Source: an uncultured Actinomycetes bacterium
GTDB taxonomy: Bacteria; Actinomycetota; Thermoleophilia; UBA2241
Length of the DNA stretch: 64,000 nt
NCBI GenBank assembly: GCA_963709345.1
Contig: CAVPVX010000004.1
Location: 256,001 to 320,000 of the forward strand
Direction of reading: 5' to 3'
Positions 56,647-64,000 of the stretch are shown here, in pieces; within the stretch, counting starts at the first letter, position 1; the number at the start of each line of letters is the position of its first letter. The notes beneath the pieces are model-generated. The model searched no databases, was not told the origin of the DNA, and saw only the letters and a list, made by a program, of their open reading frames with translations. A program made the position numbers and the translations under genes.

Positions 56647-56988
56647 TCAGGCGTCGGGCTTGATGAGGCGGTAGTCGCAGGTGAGGGCGTTGTGCAGGCC
56701 TACGAGCACGAGCAGCAGCTCGCTGCCGAACGGCGCCAGCACCACGCTGAGATCGTCGAAGTCGACCGAGATGTACCGGGCCTCTGGCCGGGCGAGCTCG
56801 GCGGCCAGTTGCGCGCCGATGTCGATGACGCCGGCCACCTGTGCGGCGACGGCGTCCGCGGCGAACCCGGCGTCGGCGTCGGAGGCCACGACGAAGCCGT
56901 CGCGGGAGATCAGCAGCGCAGCGAGGATGCCGGGGGTCTCGCGGTACGGCGCGAGCTGTGCGGCGAGGGTGTCGGCCTTGTCGTTCAC
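56647..56988 (-). CDS. Roadblock/LC7 (MglB-like) protein
   Basis: PGILAALLISRDGFVVAS...ADAVAAQ...YISVDFDD...LLLVLVG. Confidence 0.85.
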   Translation of the reverse strand: MNDKADTLAAQLAPYRETPGILAALLISRDGFVVASDADAGFAADAVAAQVAGVIDIGAQLAAELARPEARYISVDFDDLSVVLAPFGSELLLVLVGLHNALTCDYRLIKPDA

Positions 56989-57284
56989 GGCGCCTCCAGA
57001 GCGGTCTCGAGTTGGGCGCGCACGGCACCGGCGAACGCCGCCGCCGCGGCCGCGTCGGAGAAGACGCGGGTAAGGCCGTCGCGTGAACCGGCCATCTCGC
57101 TGAGGAAGATGCCGGCGCGGGGCAGCGGAGAGCCGTCGGCGTCTGGGAGCGCCCGGTCGAGGGGCAAGTGGATCAGCGTGTCGCCATTCACGAACAACCG
57201 GCTAGTCTCGCGCCCCGACAGGCGCACCCGGACGCGCACGACCACGCCTTCGGGCGATTGCTGGTTGGCGATGTCGATTTCCAC
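56985..57284 (-). CDS. Hypothetical 99-aa protein
   Basis: TAGGCT lies 6 nt before GTG; GTGA overlap with the roadblock gene; coding-like composition. Confidence 0.7.
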   Translation of the reverse strand: MEIDIANQQSPEGVVVRVRVRLSGRETSRLFVNGDTLIHLPLDRALPDADGSPLPRAGIFLSEMAGSRDGLTRVFSDAAAAAAFAGAVRAQLETALEAP

Positions 57285-57345
57285 AGGAGCAGCCTAACGA
57301 GGCGCGTGTGCGGTGGCAAGACGCGGGCCTTGGCGGCCCGCCGGC

Positions 57346-58389
57346 TCACAAGGCGGCTGCGAGTGGCAGCGGCGGCCGCGCAGGCGGGGCGTCGTCGGTC
57401 GCGCGGCCGGCCTCGCTCTGCGCGGTCGCCAGTAGATCCTCGAGACGTCGCACCGTGGGGAAGGAGGAGGCGCCGGTGGCCAGCGTCTGCCGGCGCCCCG
57501 CGATGAGGCTCGCGCCGACGTCGTGAGCCAGCCGCGCGGCCGTCTCCCGGGCCTCGCCGAGCGGACAGCCGGGCAGCACGAGGACGAGGCTGTCGGGTCC
57601 CGTCCTGAAGGCGCGGCCGTCGGCGCAGAGCCGCCGCTCCGCGCGCCTGGCCACGGCGCGAACCAGCTCTTCGCTTCCCTGCGCGCCGAGGAAGTCGCGG
57701 CTGTCGCGGTAGTGCTCCAGCCGGACGTACACCACGCTCAGGGGGAGGTGCTCCGCCAGCGCCGTCGCCATGCTCCGCTCCAAGTGGTCGGGAAGGCAGG
57801 CCGTCGTCCACAAGCCGGTGCTCACGTCGACCTTCGCGGCGTGTGGCGCTCTGCGAGCAGGTCGCCGCTTGAGGCGGGTCGCTGCCAGCGAGCCGCCGGC
57901 GACCAGGACCCCGATCTTGGCGACGCCCCCGGCGCGGCTGCCGCCGAGGGAGGGATCCGCGATCGCGAGCACGATGAGTAGCGCGAGCGCGGGTCCGAGG
58001 AGGTACGGCCACTCGCCGCGCGCGGCGCCGGCCAGCTGGCCCATGGCGAGCAGTGGGATGGCGCCGAGAAGCCAGCTGTCGGCGCCGCCGGAGAGCGCGA
58101 GGACGAGGCCGAGAAGGAGCCAGTCGGCGACCACGAACGAGTGCGCGAGGTCGGAGCCCCGAGTCAGCGACACGCGGATCGAGGTGAAGCCGGCAAGGGC
58201 GCCGAGCGCGGCCGGGACCGCCGCCGCGCGGTGTCCCAGCGCCAGCGCCGCGACGGTGAGCACGAGGAAGAAGAGAGTGCGGTATCTGGCCCGCAGGAGC
58301 GCCGGGTCGCGGCGTCTGCGAGGCGGGCGCCTCACCGGGGCGCCGTCCGGATCATGCGTGGCGGGGTGTGCGTGCGCTGCATGCCGCAC
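57346..58389 (-). CDS. Membrane protein with degenerate GGDEF domain
   Basis: TM region with SGGADS, then DVSTGLWT, PLSVVYVRLEHYRDSRDFLG, RTGPDSLVLVLPG in place of GGDEF. Confidence 0.78.
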   Translation of the reverse strand: MRHAAHAHPATHDPDGAPVRRPPRRRRDPALLRARYRTLFFLVLTVAALALGHRAAAVPAALGALAGFTSIRVSLTRGSDLAHSFVVADWLLLGLVLALSGGADSWLLGAIPLLAMGQLAGAARGEWPYLLGPALALLIVLAIADPSLGGSRAGGVAKIGVLVAGGSLAATRLKRRPARRAPHAAKVDVSTGLWTTACLPDHLERSMATALAEHLPLSVVYVRLEHYRDSRDFLGAQGSEELVRAVARRAERRLCADGRAFRTGPDSLVLVLPGCPLGEARETAARLAHDVGASLIAGRRQTLATGASSFPTVRRLEDLLATAQSEAGRATDDAPPARPPLPLAAAL

Positions 58390-58526
58390 CTATTCTGACT
58401 CCCCCGCTCCAATCCTTCAAGGTCAAGTCAAGGGTTTGGGTTGGTAGAAGGACCGCGCCGGTGGGCCGCTGTCGGAATCGGGGCACGGCTGGCGCCGCCG
58501 CCGGCGTCGGCTATAATCGGTGCCCC

Positions 58527-60323
58527 GTGGACCGCACGCTCTTCTTCTCCGGCAACGAAGCGATCGCTCATGGTGCCGTGCGCGCCGGAGCCGCCTTCGC
58601 CTGCGGTTATCCGGGTACCCCGTCCACCGAGATCGTCGAGACCGCCGCGCGCCTCGACGGCATCCACGCCGAGTGGTGCGCCAACGAGAAGGTCGCGCTT
58701 GAGACCGCCGTGGGAGCGTCGCTGGCCGGCGTCCGCAGCATCGTCACGATGAAGCACGTGGGCCTGAACGTCGCCGCCGACCCCTTCATGACGCTGTCGC
58801 TCACCGGGGTCAATGCCGGGCTCGTCGTCGTCACCGCCGACGACCCGGGCATGCATTCCTCGCAGAACGAGCAGGACAGCCGGCACTACGCGCGGTTCGC
58901 CAAGGTACCGATGCTTGAACCGTCGGACAGCCAGGAGGCCTACGACTTCGTTGCCGAGGCTCTTTCCCTCTCGGAGGAGTTCGACACGCCCGTGCTGTTG
59001 CGCTCGACGACGCGTCTCTCGCACGGCCGTGGCCAGGTGATCCCGCGGGTGCCGGTCAACGTCGAGCCGCGCGAGTACGAGCGCGACATCGGCAAGTACG
59101 TCATGGTGCCGGAATACGCGCGCCGGAGGAACCGACTCGTGCTCGACCGGCTGGAACAGCTTCGCCGACGCGCCGAGGAGAGCTCGCTCAACGTGCTGGA
59201 GGCCGGCACCTCCGACTTCGGCATCATCGCATCGGGTGTGGCGTACGAGTACGCTCGCGAGGCGTTCCCGAAGGCGTGGTTCCTCAAGCTGGGGCTCTCC
59301 CACCCGTTTCCGTATGCCAAGGTGGTGAGGCTGTACGAACACGTGGCGCGAGTCGCCGTGGTCGAGGAGCTCGACCCCTTCTTCGAGGACCAGGTCCGTG
59401 CGCTCGGCGTGCCGGTAATAGGCAAGGCCGTGATCCCGGCCGACGGCGAGCTCGATCAGGACATCGTGTTCCGGGCGCTCGAACCCTACGTGCTGCGCAA
59501 GCCGCCGCCGCGGCGGCGGCCGGTGCTGCCGCCCGCACCGCGCATCTCCGAGCCGCCCGCGCCGCCGCCCGCGCTGCCGGTCCGCCCGCCCGTGCTGTGC
59601 GCCGGCTGCGCGCACCGTGCTGTGTACGCGTCGCTGCGACGTCGGGAGCTCGCGCCCTTGGGTGACATCGGCTGCTACACGTTGGGCGCCCTGCCGCCGC
59701 TCCACGCGCTCGACACCTGTCTGTGCATGGGCGCCAGCGTGGGGATGATGGCCGGCTTCAACAAGGCGCTGGGGAGCAAGCGCGCCGTCGCCGTCATCGG
59801 CGACTCCACCTTCTTTCACTCCGGCATCCCGTCGCTGATCGACGCGCACTACAATGAGGTCGAGGGCATGGTCGTCGTCCTCGACAATCGCACGACGGCG
59901 ATGACCGGTCACCAGGGGCACCCCGGCACCGGGTCGCACGCCGACCGCAGCCGGGGGCCGGCGGTCGACATCCGGAAGTTGTGCGACGGCATCGGCGTGC
60001 GTTGCGTGACCGTCGACGCGACCGACTACCGGGCGCTCGACTCAGCGATCGGGCGAGAGGCGGACGCGCCGGGGCTCGGCGTCGTCGTCGCGGCTGCATC
60101 CTGCGCGCTGACGGTGAGCGAGAAGCCCGGCGAGGTCGTGGTGGACGAGGAGCGCTGCAACTTGTGCGGCGCGTGCCTCGATCTCGGCTGTCCGGCGCTT
60201 GCGCCCGGAGAGACCGCGATGATCTTCGTCGAGTCGTGCACCGGGTGCGGGCTCTGCATCGAGGCGTGCCGGCGCGGCGCCCTGAGCTACGCCGGCTCCG
60301 CCGGGGCGGAGGGCGCCTCGTGA
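58527..60323 (+). CDS. iorA: Indolepyruvate:ferredoxin oxidoreductase alpha subunit
   Basis: SGNEAIA, GYPGTPSTE, KHVGLNVAAD, SSQNEQD, GDIGCY, GDSTFFHSG, TTAMTGHQ, two ferredoxin motifs. Confidence 0.95.
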   Translation: MDRTLFFSGNEAIAHGAVRAGAAFACGYPGTPSTEIVETAARLDGIHAEWCANEKVALETAVGASLAGVRSIVTMKHVGLNVAADPFMTLSLTGVNAGLVVVTADDPGMHSSQNEQDSRHYARFAKVPMLEPSDSQEAYDFVAEALSLSEEFDTPVLLRSTTRLSHGRGQVIPRVPVNVEPREYERDIGKYVMVPEYARRRNRLVLDRLEQLRRRAEESSLNVLEAGTSDFGIIASGVAYEYAREAFPKAWFLKLGLSHPFPYAKVVRLYEHVARVAVVEELDPFFEDQVRALGVPVIGKAVIPADGELDQDIVFRALEPYVLRKPPPRRRPVLPPAPRISEPPAPPPALPVRPPVLCAGCAHRAVYASLRRRELAPLGDIGCYTLGALPPLHALDTCLCMGASVGMMAGFNKALGSKRAVAVIGDSTFFHSGIPSLIDAHYNEVEGMVVVLDNRTTAMTGHQGHPGTGSHADRSRGPAVDIRKLCDGIGVRCVTVDATDYRALDSAIGREADAPGLGVVVAAASCALTVSEKPGEVVVDEERCNLCGACLDLGCPALAPGETAMIFVESCTGCGLCIEACRRGALSYAGSAGAEGAS

Positions 60324-60913
60324 ACGGCGCCACGACGGTCTCGCTGGTCGGCGTCGGCGGTCAAGGCATCCTGCTGGCCGCCGCCATCCTCTCCGAGACC
60401 GCCGCCGCCGAGGGCTTCGAGGTCAAGGCCAGCGAGGTCAAGGGTATGGCGCAGCGAGGTGGGAGCGTGCTGAGCACGGTGCGCTTCGGGGAACACGTGT
60501 GGTCGCCCGTGTCGCGCCGTGCCGATCTCGTCGTCGCCATGGAACTTCTCGAGGGCATCCGCGCCCTCGAGCTTCTCGGCCCTCGAGGCACGCTGGTCTG
60601 CGCGCACACCACGCGCATCGCGCCGGGGAGCGTGCTGCGTCGCGAGGAGGAGTACCCGGACGACGTGGAGTCGGCGGCGGAGTTGCGCGGCGTGCGCCTG
60701 CTCGCCGTCGACGCCGAGGCGCTGGCTCGCGAGGCGGGCACGCTTCGCGCCGTCAACGTCGCCTTGCTCGGAGTGGCGAGCACGATGCTGCCCTTCAGCC
60801 GGGAGTCCTGGAATCGCGGACTCGAGGCAGCGGTGCCGGCGAAGATCCTGGCAGTCAATGAACGGGCGTTCACGCTGGGCCGGGACGCCGTCGTCGAGGA
60901 GGTCGAGGAGTGA
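60320..60913 (+). CDS. iorB: Indolepyruvate:ferredoxin oxidoreductase beta subunit
   Basis: GVGGQG, GMAQRGGSV, NVALLG, NERAF. Confidence 0.93.
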   Translation: MNGATTVSLVGVGGQGILLAAAILSETAAAEGFEVKASEVKGMAQRGGSVLSTVRFGEHVWSPVSRRADLVVAMELLEGIRALELLGPRGTLVCAHTTRIAPGSVLRREEEYPDDVESAAELRGVRLLAVDAEALAREAGTLRAVNVALLGVASTMLPFSRESWNRGLEAAVPAKILAVNERAFTLGRDAVVEEVEE

Positions 60914-61323
60914 AGGTCACGCAGCTCACCGTGTTTCTCGAGAATCGCAGCGGGCGTCTCGCCGAGGTCGCCGACCTACTGGGCAAGGCGGCCGTCAACA
61001 TCCGCGGGTTCTCGACGACGGAGGCCGCCGAGTACGGGATCGTCCGGCTCATCGTGACCGATCCCCAGGAGGCCAGGCGGCTTCTGCACGACGCCGGGTT
61101 CACGACGCACTTCGCGCAGGTGCTCTGCGTGCGCGTGCCCGACGAGCCGGGCGGGCTCGCGGAGGTGCTCGACCAGCTCGCCGCCGCCGGCGTGTCCGTC
61201 GACTACCTGTACAGCATCTCGTTCCAGAACATCTGCCTCGCGGTGCGCGACATCGACCGCGCGGTCGAGCTGCTCGCCGGCAAGGTGACGCTGCTCGGCG
61301 ACGAGGAGGTGCGGTCCCTGTGA
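60910..61323 (+). CDS. ACT-domain protein
   Basis: QLTVFLENRSGRL, VPDEPGGL, DYLYS. Confidence 0.9.
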   Translation: MKVTQLTVFLENRSGRLAEVADLLGKAAVNIRGFSTTEAAEYGIVRLIVTDPQEARRLLHDAGFTTHFAQVLCVRVPDEPGGLAEVLDQLAAAGVSVDYLYSISFQNICLAVRDIDRAVELLAGKVTLLGDEEVRSL

Positions 61324-62669
61324 GCCGGACTCCGACCGGCCTCCTCACCGCGGACGCCGCCGGCGGTCTCTACTGGCAGCCGGCCGCCGAGACGCTCCCC
61401 ACGCCGCAGCTCGGCGCGCTCCAGATGGAGCGCCTGCGCGCCACGCTGGAGAACGCGTACGAGCACATCCCGTTCTACCGCAGGAAGCTGGACGAGGCCG
61501 GCGTGAAGCCCGGCGACGTGCGCTCTCGCGGCGACGTCTCCGGCCTGCCCTTCACCACCAAGATCGACCTGCGCGACCACTATCCCTTCGGCTTGTTCGC
61601 GCGGCCGCGCGACCAAATCGTGCGCGTGCACGCCAGCTCCGGCACCACCGGCAACCCGACGACCGTCGGGTACACGCGTGCCGACATCGACACCTGGGGC
61701 GACCTCATCGCCCGTACTTTGGCCGCCGGCGGCGTCAGGCCCGGCGACCTGCTGCAGAACGCCTACGGCTACGGCCTCTTCACCGGAGGGCTCGGCCTGC
61801 ACTTCGGCGCCGAGCACCTGGGCTGCACGGTCGTGCCCATCTCGGGCGGCAACACTGAGCGCCAGCTCAAGATCATGCGCGACTTCGGCGCGACGGCGCT
61901 GAGCTGTACGCCGTCCTACGCCATGTACCTGGCCGACGCGGCGCGCGACCGTGGCTTGCGCCCGCAGGACCTGCCGATCCGCGTCGGCTTTCACGGCGCC
62001 GAGCCCTGGACCAACGAGCTGCGTCTGCAGATCGAGGCGGGGCTCGGCATCGACGCGCTCGACATCTACGGGCTCTCCGAGATGGGCGGTCCCGGCGTCG
62101 CCTTCGAGTGCCTGTGCAAGGCCGGGATGCACGTGAACGAAGACCACTACCTGGGTGAGGTCATCGACCCCGAGACCCTGCAGCCGCTTCCGGAGGGCGA
62201 GGTCGGCGAGCTCGTGTTCACCACCCTGACTCGCGAGGCGCAGCCGCTGATCCGCTACCGTACGCGCGACCTGTGCAGTCTCACCTCGGATCCGTGCGCC
62301 TGCGGCCGCACCTCCGCGCGCATGACCAAGCCGATCGGGCGCAGCGACGACATGCTCATCATCCGCGGGGTGAACGTGTTCCCGAGCCAGATCGAAGAGG
62401 TGCTGATGAGCATCCCCTCGATCGAGCCGCACTACCAGATCGTCGTCGACCGAAAGGGCTACCTCGACGTCATCGAGGTCTGGGTCGAGGTGAGCGAGGA
62501 CCTCTTTGCCGAGACGATGGGCGATCTCGAGCGCTTCCAGCGGATGGTTCAGGCGCAGATCTACAACGTCTTGAACATCCAGGTGGCGGTCAAGCTCAAG
62601 GAGCCGAAGACGGTCAAGCGCTCCGAGGGCAAGGCCGTGCGCGTCGTGGACCGGCGCACCGCGCTCTAG
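61320..62669 (+). CDS. paaK: Phenylacetate-CoA ligase
   Basis: HASSGTTGNP, YGYGLFTGGLG, DIYGLSE, IRYRTRD, GRSDDMLIIRGVNVFP. Confidence 0.95.
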   Translation: MSRTPTGLLTADAAGGLYWQPAAETLPTPQLGALQMERLRATLENAYEHIPFYRRKLDEAGVKPGDVRSRGDVSGLPFTTKIDLRDHYPFGLFARPRDQIVRVHASSGTTGNPTTVGYTRADIDTWGDLIARTLAAGGVRPGDLLQNAYGYGLFTGGLGLHFGAEHLGCTVVPISGGNTERQLKIMRDFGATALSCTPSYAMYLADAARDRGLRPQDLPIRVGFHGAEPWTNELRLQIEAGLGIDALDIYGLSEMGGPGVAFECLCKAGMHVNEDHYLGEVIDPETLQPLPEGEVGELVFTTLTREAQPLIRYRTRDLCSLTSDPCACGRTSARMTKPIGRSDDMLIIRGVNVFPSQIEEVLMSIPSIEPHYQIVVDRKGYLDVIEVWVEVSEDLFAETMGDLERFQRMVQAQIYNVLNIQVAVKLKEPKTVKRSEGKAVRVVDRRTAL

Positions 62670-62791
62670 GACCACGCCGGGAACGCGGAGGGAGATCGGC
62701 GGCCGGCTGCCCGGGGTCGCGCCCTTCGCCTCCGGCATGCCGAGGCTCGGCGGCGTTCTTTGCGCCGAGCCCTTTGCTCTCTGCGTGGCGC

Positions 62792-63352
62792 GTGCCTCTT
62801 CCTCTCCACACGTCACGACTCGAGATCCGCCCCTTCGTGGACGGAGACGTCGAGGCGCCGCCCTCGGTGTTCGGCGACCGCGAGGTCATGCGCTACGTCG
62901 GAGCGGCGCGGCGGCCGCTCGATCTTCACCGGCTCCGGGCCTCTCAGGCGCGCATGCGCAAGCACTGGGAGCGGCACGGGTTCGGGCCGCTGGCCGTGGT
63001 GGAGCAGACCTCCGGTCGACTCGTCGGCGAGTCCGGTCTGCAGCTTCTCGAGTCCGGCCCCGAGGTCGAGGTGACGTACACCCTCGCGCGGGCCGTGTGG
63101 GGTCGCGGGTACGCGACCGAGGCCGTCCGCGCCGTGCTTGCTTGGGGGTTCGACGGGCTGAGGCTCCAGCGCCTGGTCGCCGTCGTGTATCCCGAGAAGG
63201 CCGCGTCCCGGCGTGTCGTCGAGAAGGCGCGCATGGTACGGGAGGGCACGCGGTTCCGTTACGGGGCGACGCTCGATCAGGACGGCCTCGGCATCGACGC
63301 GTGGCGGGCCGTGGAGCGGATGCGGACGCCGCCGTCTATAATCGGGGAGTGA
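62792..63352 (+). CDS. RimJ/RimL-type GNAT acetyltransferase
   Basis: HTSRLEIRPF, WGRGYATEA, ASRRVVEK. Confidence 0.85.
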   Translation: MPLPLHTSRLEIRPFVDGDVEAPPSVFGDREVMRYVGAARRPLDLHRLRASQARMRKHWERHGFGPLAVVEQTSGRLVGESGLQLLESGPEVEVTYTLARAVWGRGYATEAVRAVLAWGFDGLRLQRLVAVVYPEKAASRRVVEKARMVREGTRFRYGATLDQDGLGIDAWRAVERMRTPPSIIGE

Positions 63353-64000
63353 CTCCGCCCCGTTCAGCCCTGCTTCCACTCCGCGGTCTGCGCCTCGACC
63401 TCTCGCGGCGAACCTGCGTCGAAGAAGAAGTGTCGGCCGACGTGGCGTGGAGTTTCCTCGGCGGCCGCGGCCTGGGCGCGTATCTGGCTCTGCGAGAGAA
63501 ACTGTACGAGGTTCTGCCGCTCTCTCCGGAGAACCAGCTCATCTTCGCTCCGGGACCGCTCACCGGTACCGGAGCGCCGGCCAGCGGCCGCTACAGCGTG
63601 ACCAGCCGTTCGCCGCTCACCGGCACCGTCTTCGACGGCAACTCGGGTGGCAACTTCGGCAACGCCCTCCGGCGCCTGGGCTGGGACTACCTCATCCTCA
63701 CCGGGGCGCTGGACGAACCCGGCTACGTCACCGTAGGCCTGCCCGGCGCCGCGGGCGGCGAGCTGCTGCCCTGCGCCGGCGATGCCGCGATCCACCCGGC
63801 CGGCGCGCTCTGGGGCACGGACGTGCCGGCGACGCTCTCGCGTCTCCGGGAGCTGCACCCGAAGTCCGAGGCCGGGGTCATCGGCCCCGCCGGGGAGCGC
63901 GGCGTCCTCTTCGGCAGCATCGTGAACAACCGCGGCCGCTCCATCGGTCGCGGAGGTCTGGGCACCGTGATGGGGTCCAAGCGTCTCAAGGCTCTCGTCA
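63349..64000 (+). CDS. aor: Aldehyde:ferredoxin oxidoreductase (tungsten AOR family), runs off the window; absent from the ORF track
   Basis: LRLDLS, FLGGRGLG, PLSPENQLIFAPGPLTG, SPLTG...NSGG, IGPAGE, GRGGLGTVMGSKRLKA. Confidence 0.9.
   Translation, partial: MTPPRSALLPLRGLRLDLSRRTCVEEEVSADVAWSFLGGRGLGAYLALREKLYEVLPLSPENQLIFAPGPLTGTGAPASGRYSVTSRSPLTGTVFDGNSGGNFGNALRRLGWDYLILTGALDEPGYVTVGLPGAAGGELLPCAGDAAIHPAGALWGTDVPATLSRLRELHPKSEAGVIGPAGERGVLFGSIVNNRGRSIGRGGLGTVMGSKRLKALV

Noticed and set aside
60519-62669. 716-aa PaaK with a long N-terminal extension
   Set aside because: The extension is an off-frame reading of iorB and the ACT gene. The GTGA overlap places the start at 61320.
1-64000. CRISPR array, tRNA/rRNA, IS or prophage
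   Set aside because: No regularly spaced repeats, cloverleaf motifs, transposase, integrase or phage genes were seen. The only long repeats are the MBOAT/DUF459 paralogues.

Overview
A very GC-rich bacterial chromosomal window, densely coded with about 55 genes. I saw no rRNA, tRNA, CRISPR array, transposase or phage genes. Actinobacterial-style gene families, many leaderless TANNNT promoters and anaerobic enzymes (2-hydroxyacyl-CoA dehydratase activase fusion, Cys-type formate dehydrogenase, non-Pyl MttB, IorAB-ACT-PaaK, AOR) suggest an anaerobic high-GC actinobacterium; this is inference only. The main points of interest are: (i) a leaderless operon of an unknown protein, a Roadblock/LC7 protein and a family-4 UDG homologue that keeps its Fe-S cysteines but has lost its catalytic motifs, next to a degenerate GGDEF protein; (ii) a 59-aa CxxxCxxC/DRR-ERR microprotein inside a histidine kinase - REC - diguanylate cyclase cluster; (iii) an intact CbiA/CobB homologue with its catalytic motifs missing; (iv) tandem MBOAT + DUF459/SGNH O-acylation pairs; (v) CsoR-like operators, a structured uORF leader before an orphan BlaI-type gene, and several frameshifted gene remnants. 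All calls come from reading motifs by eye; no database searches were run.
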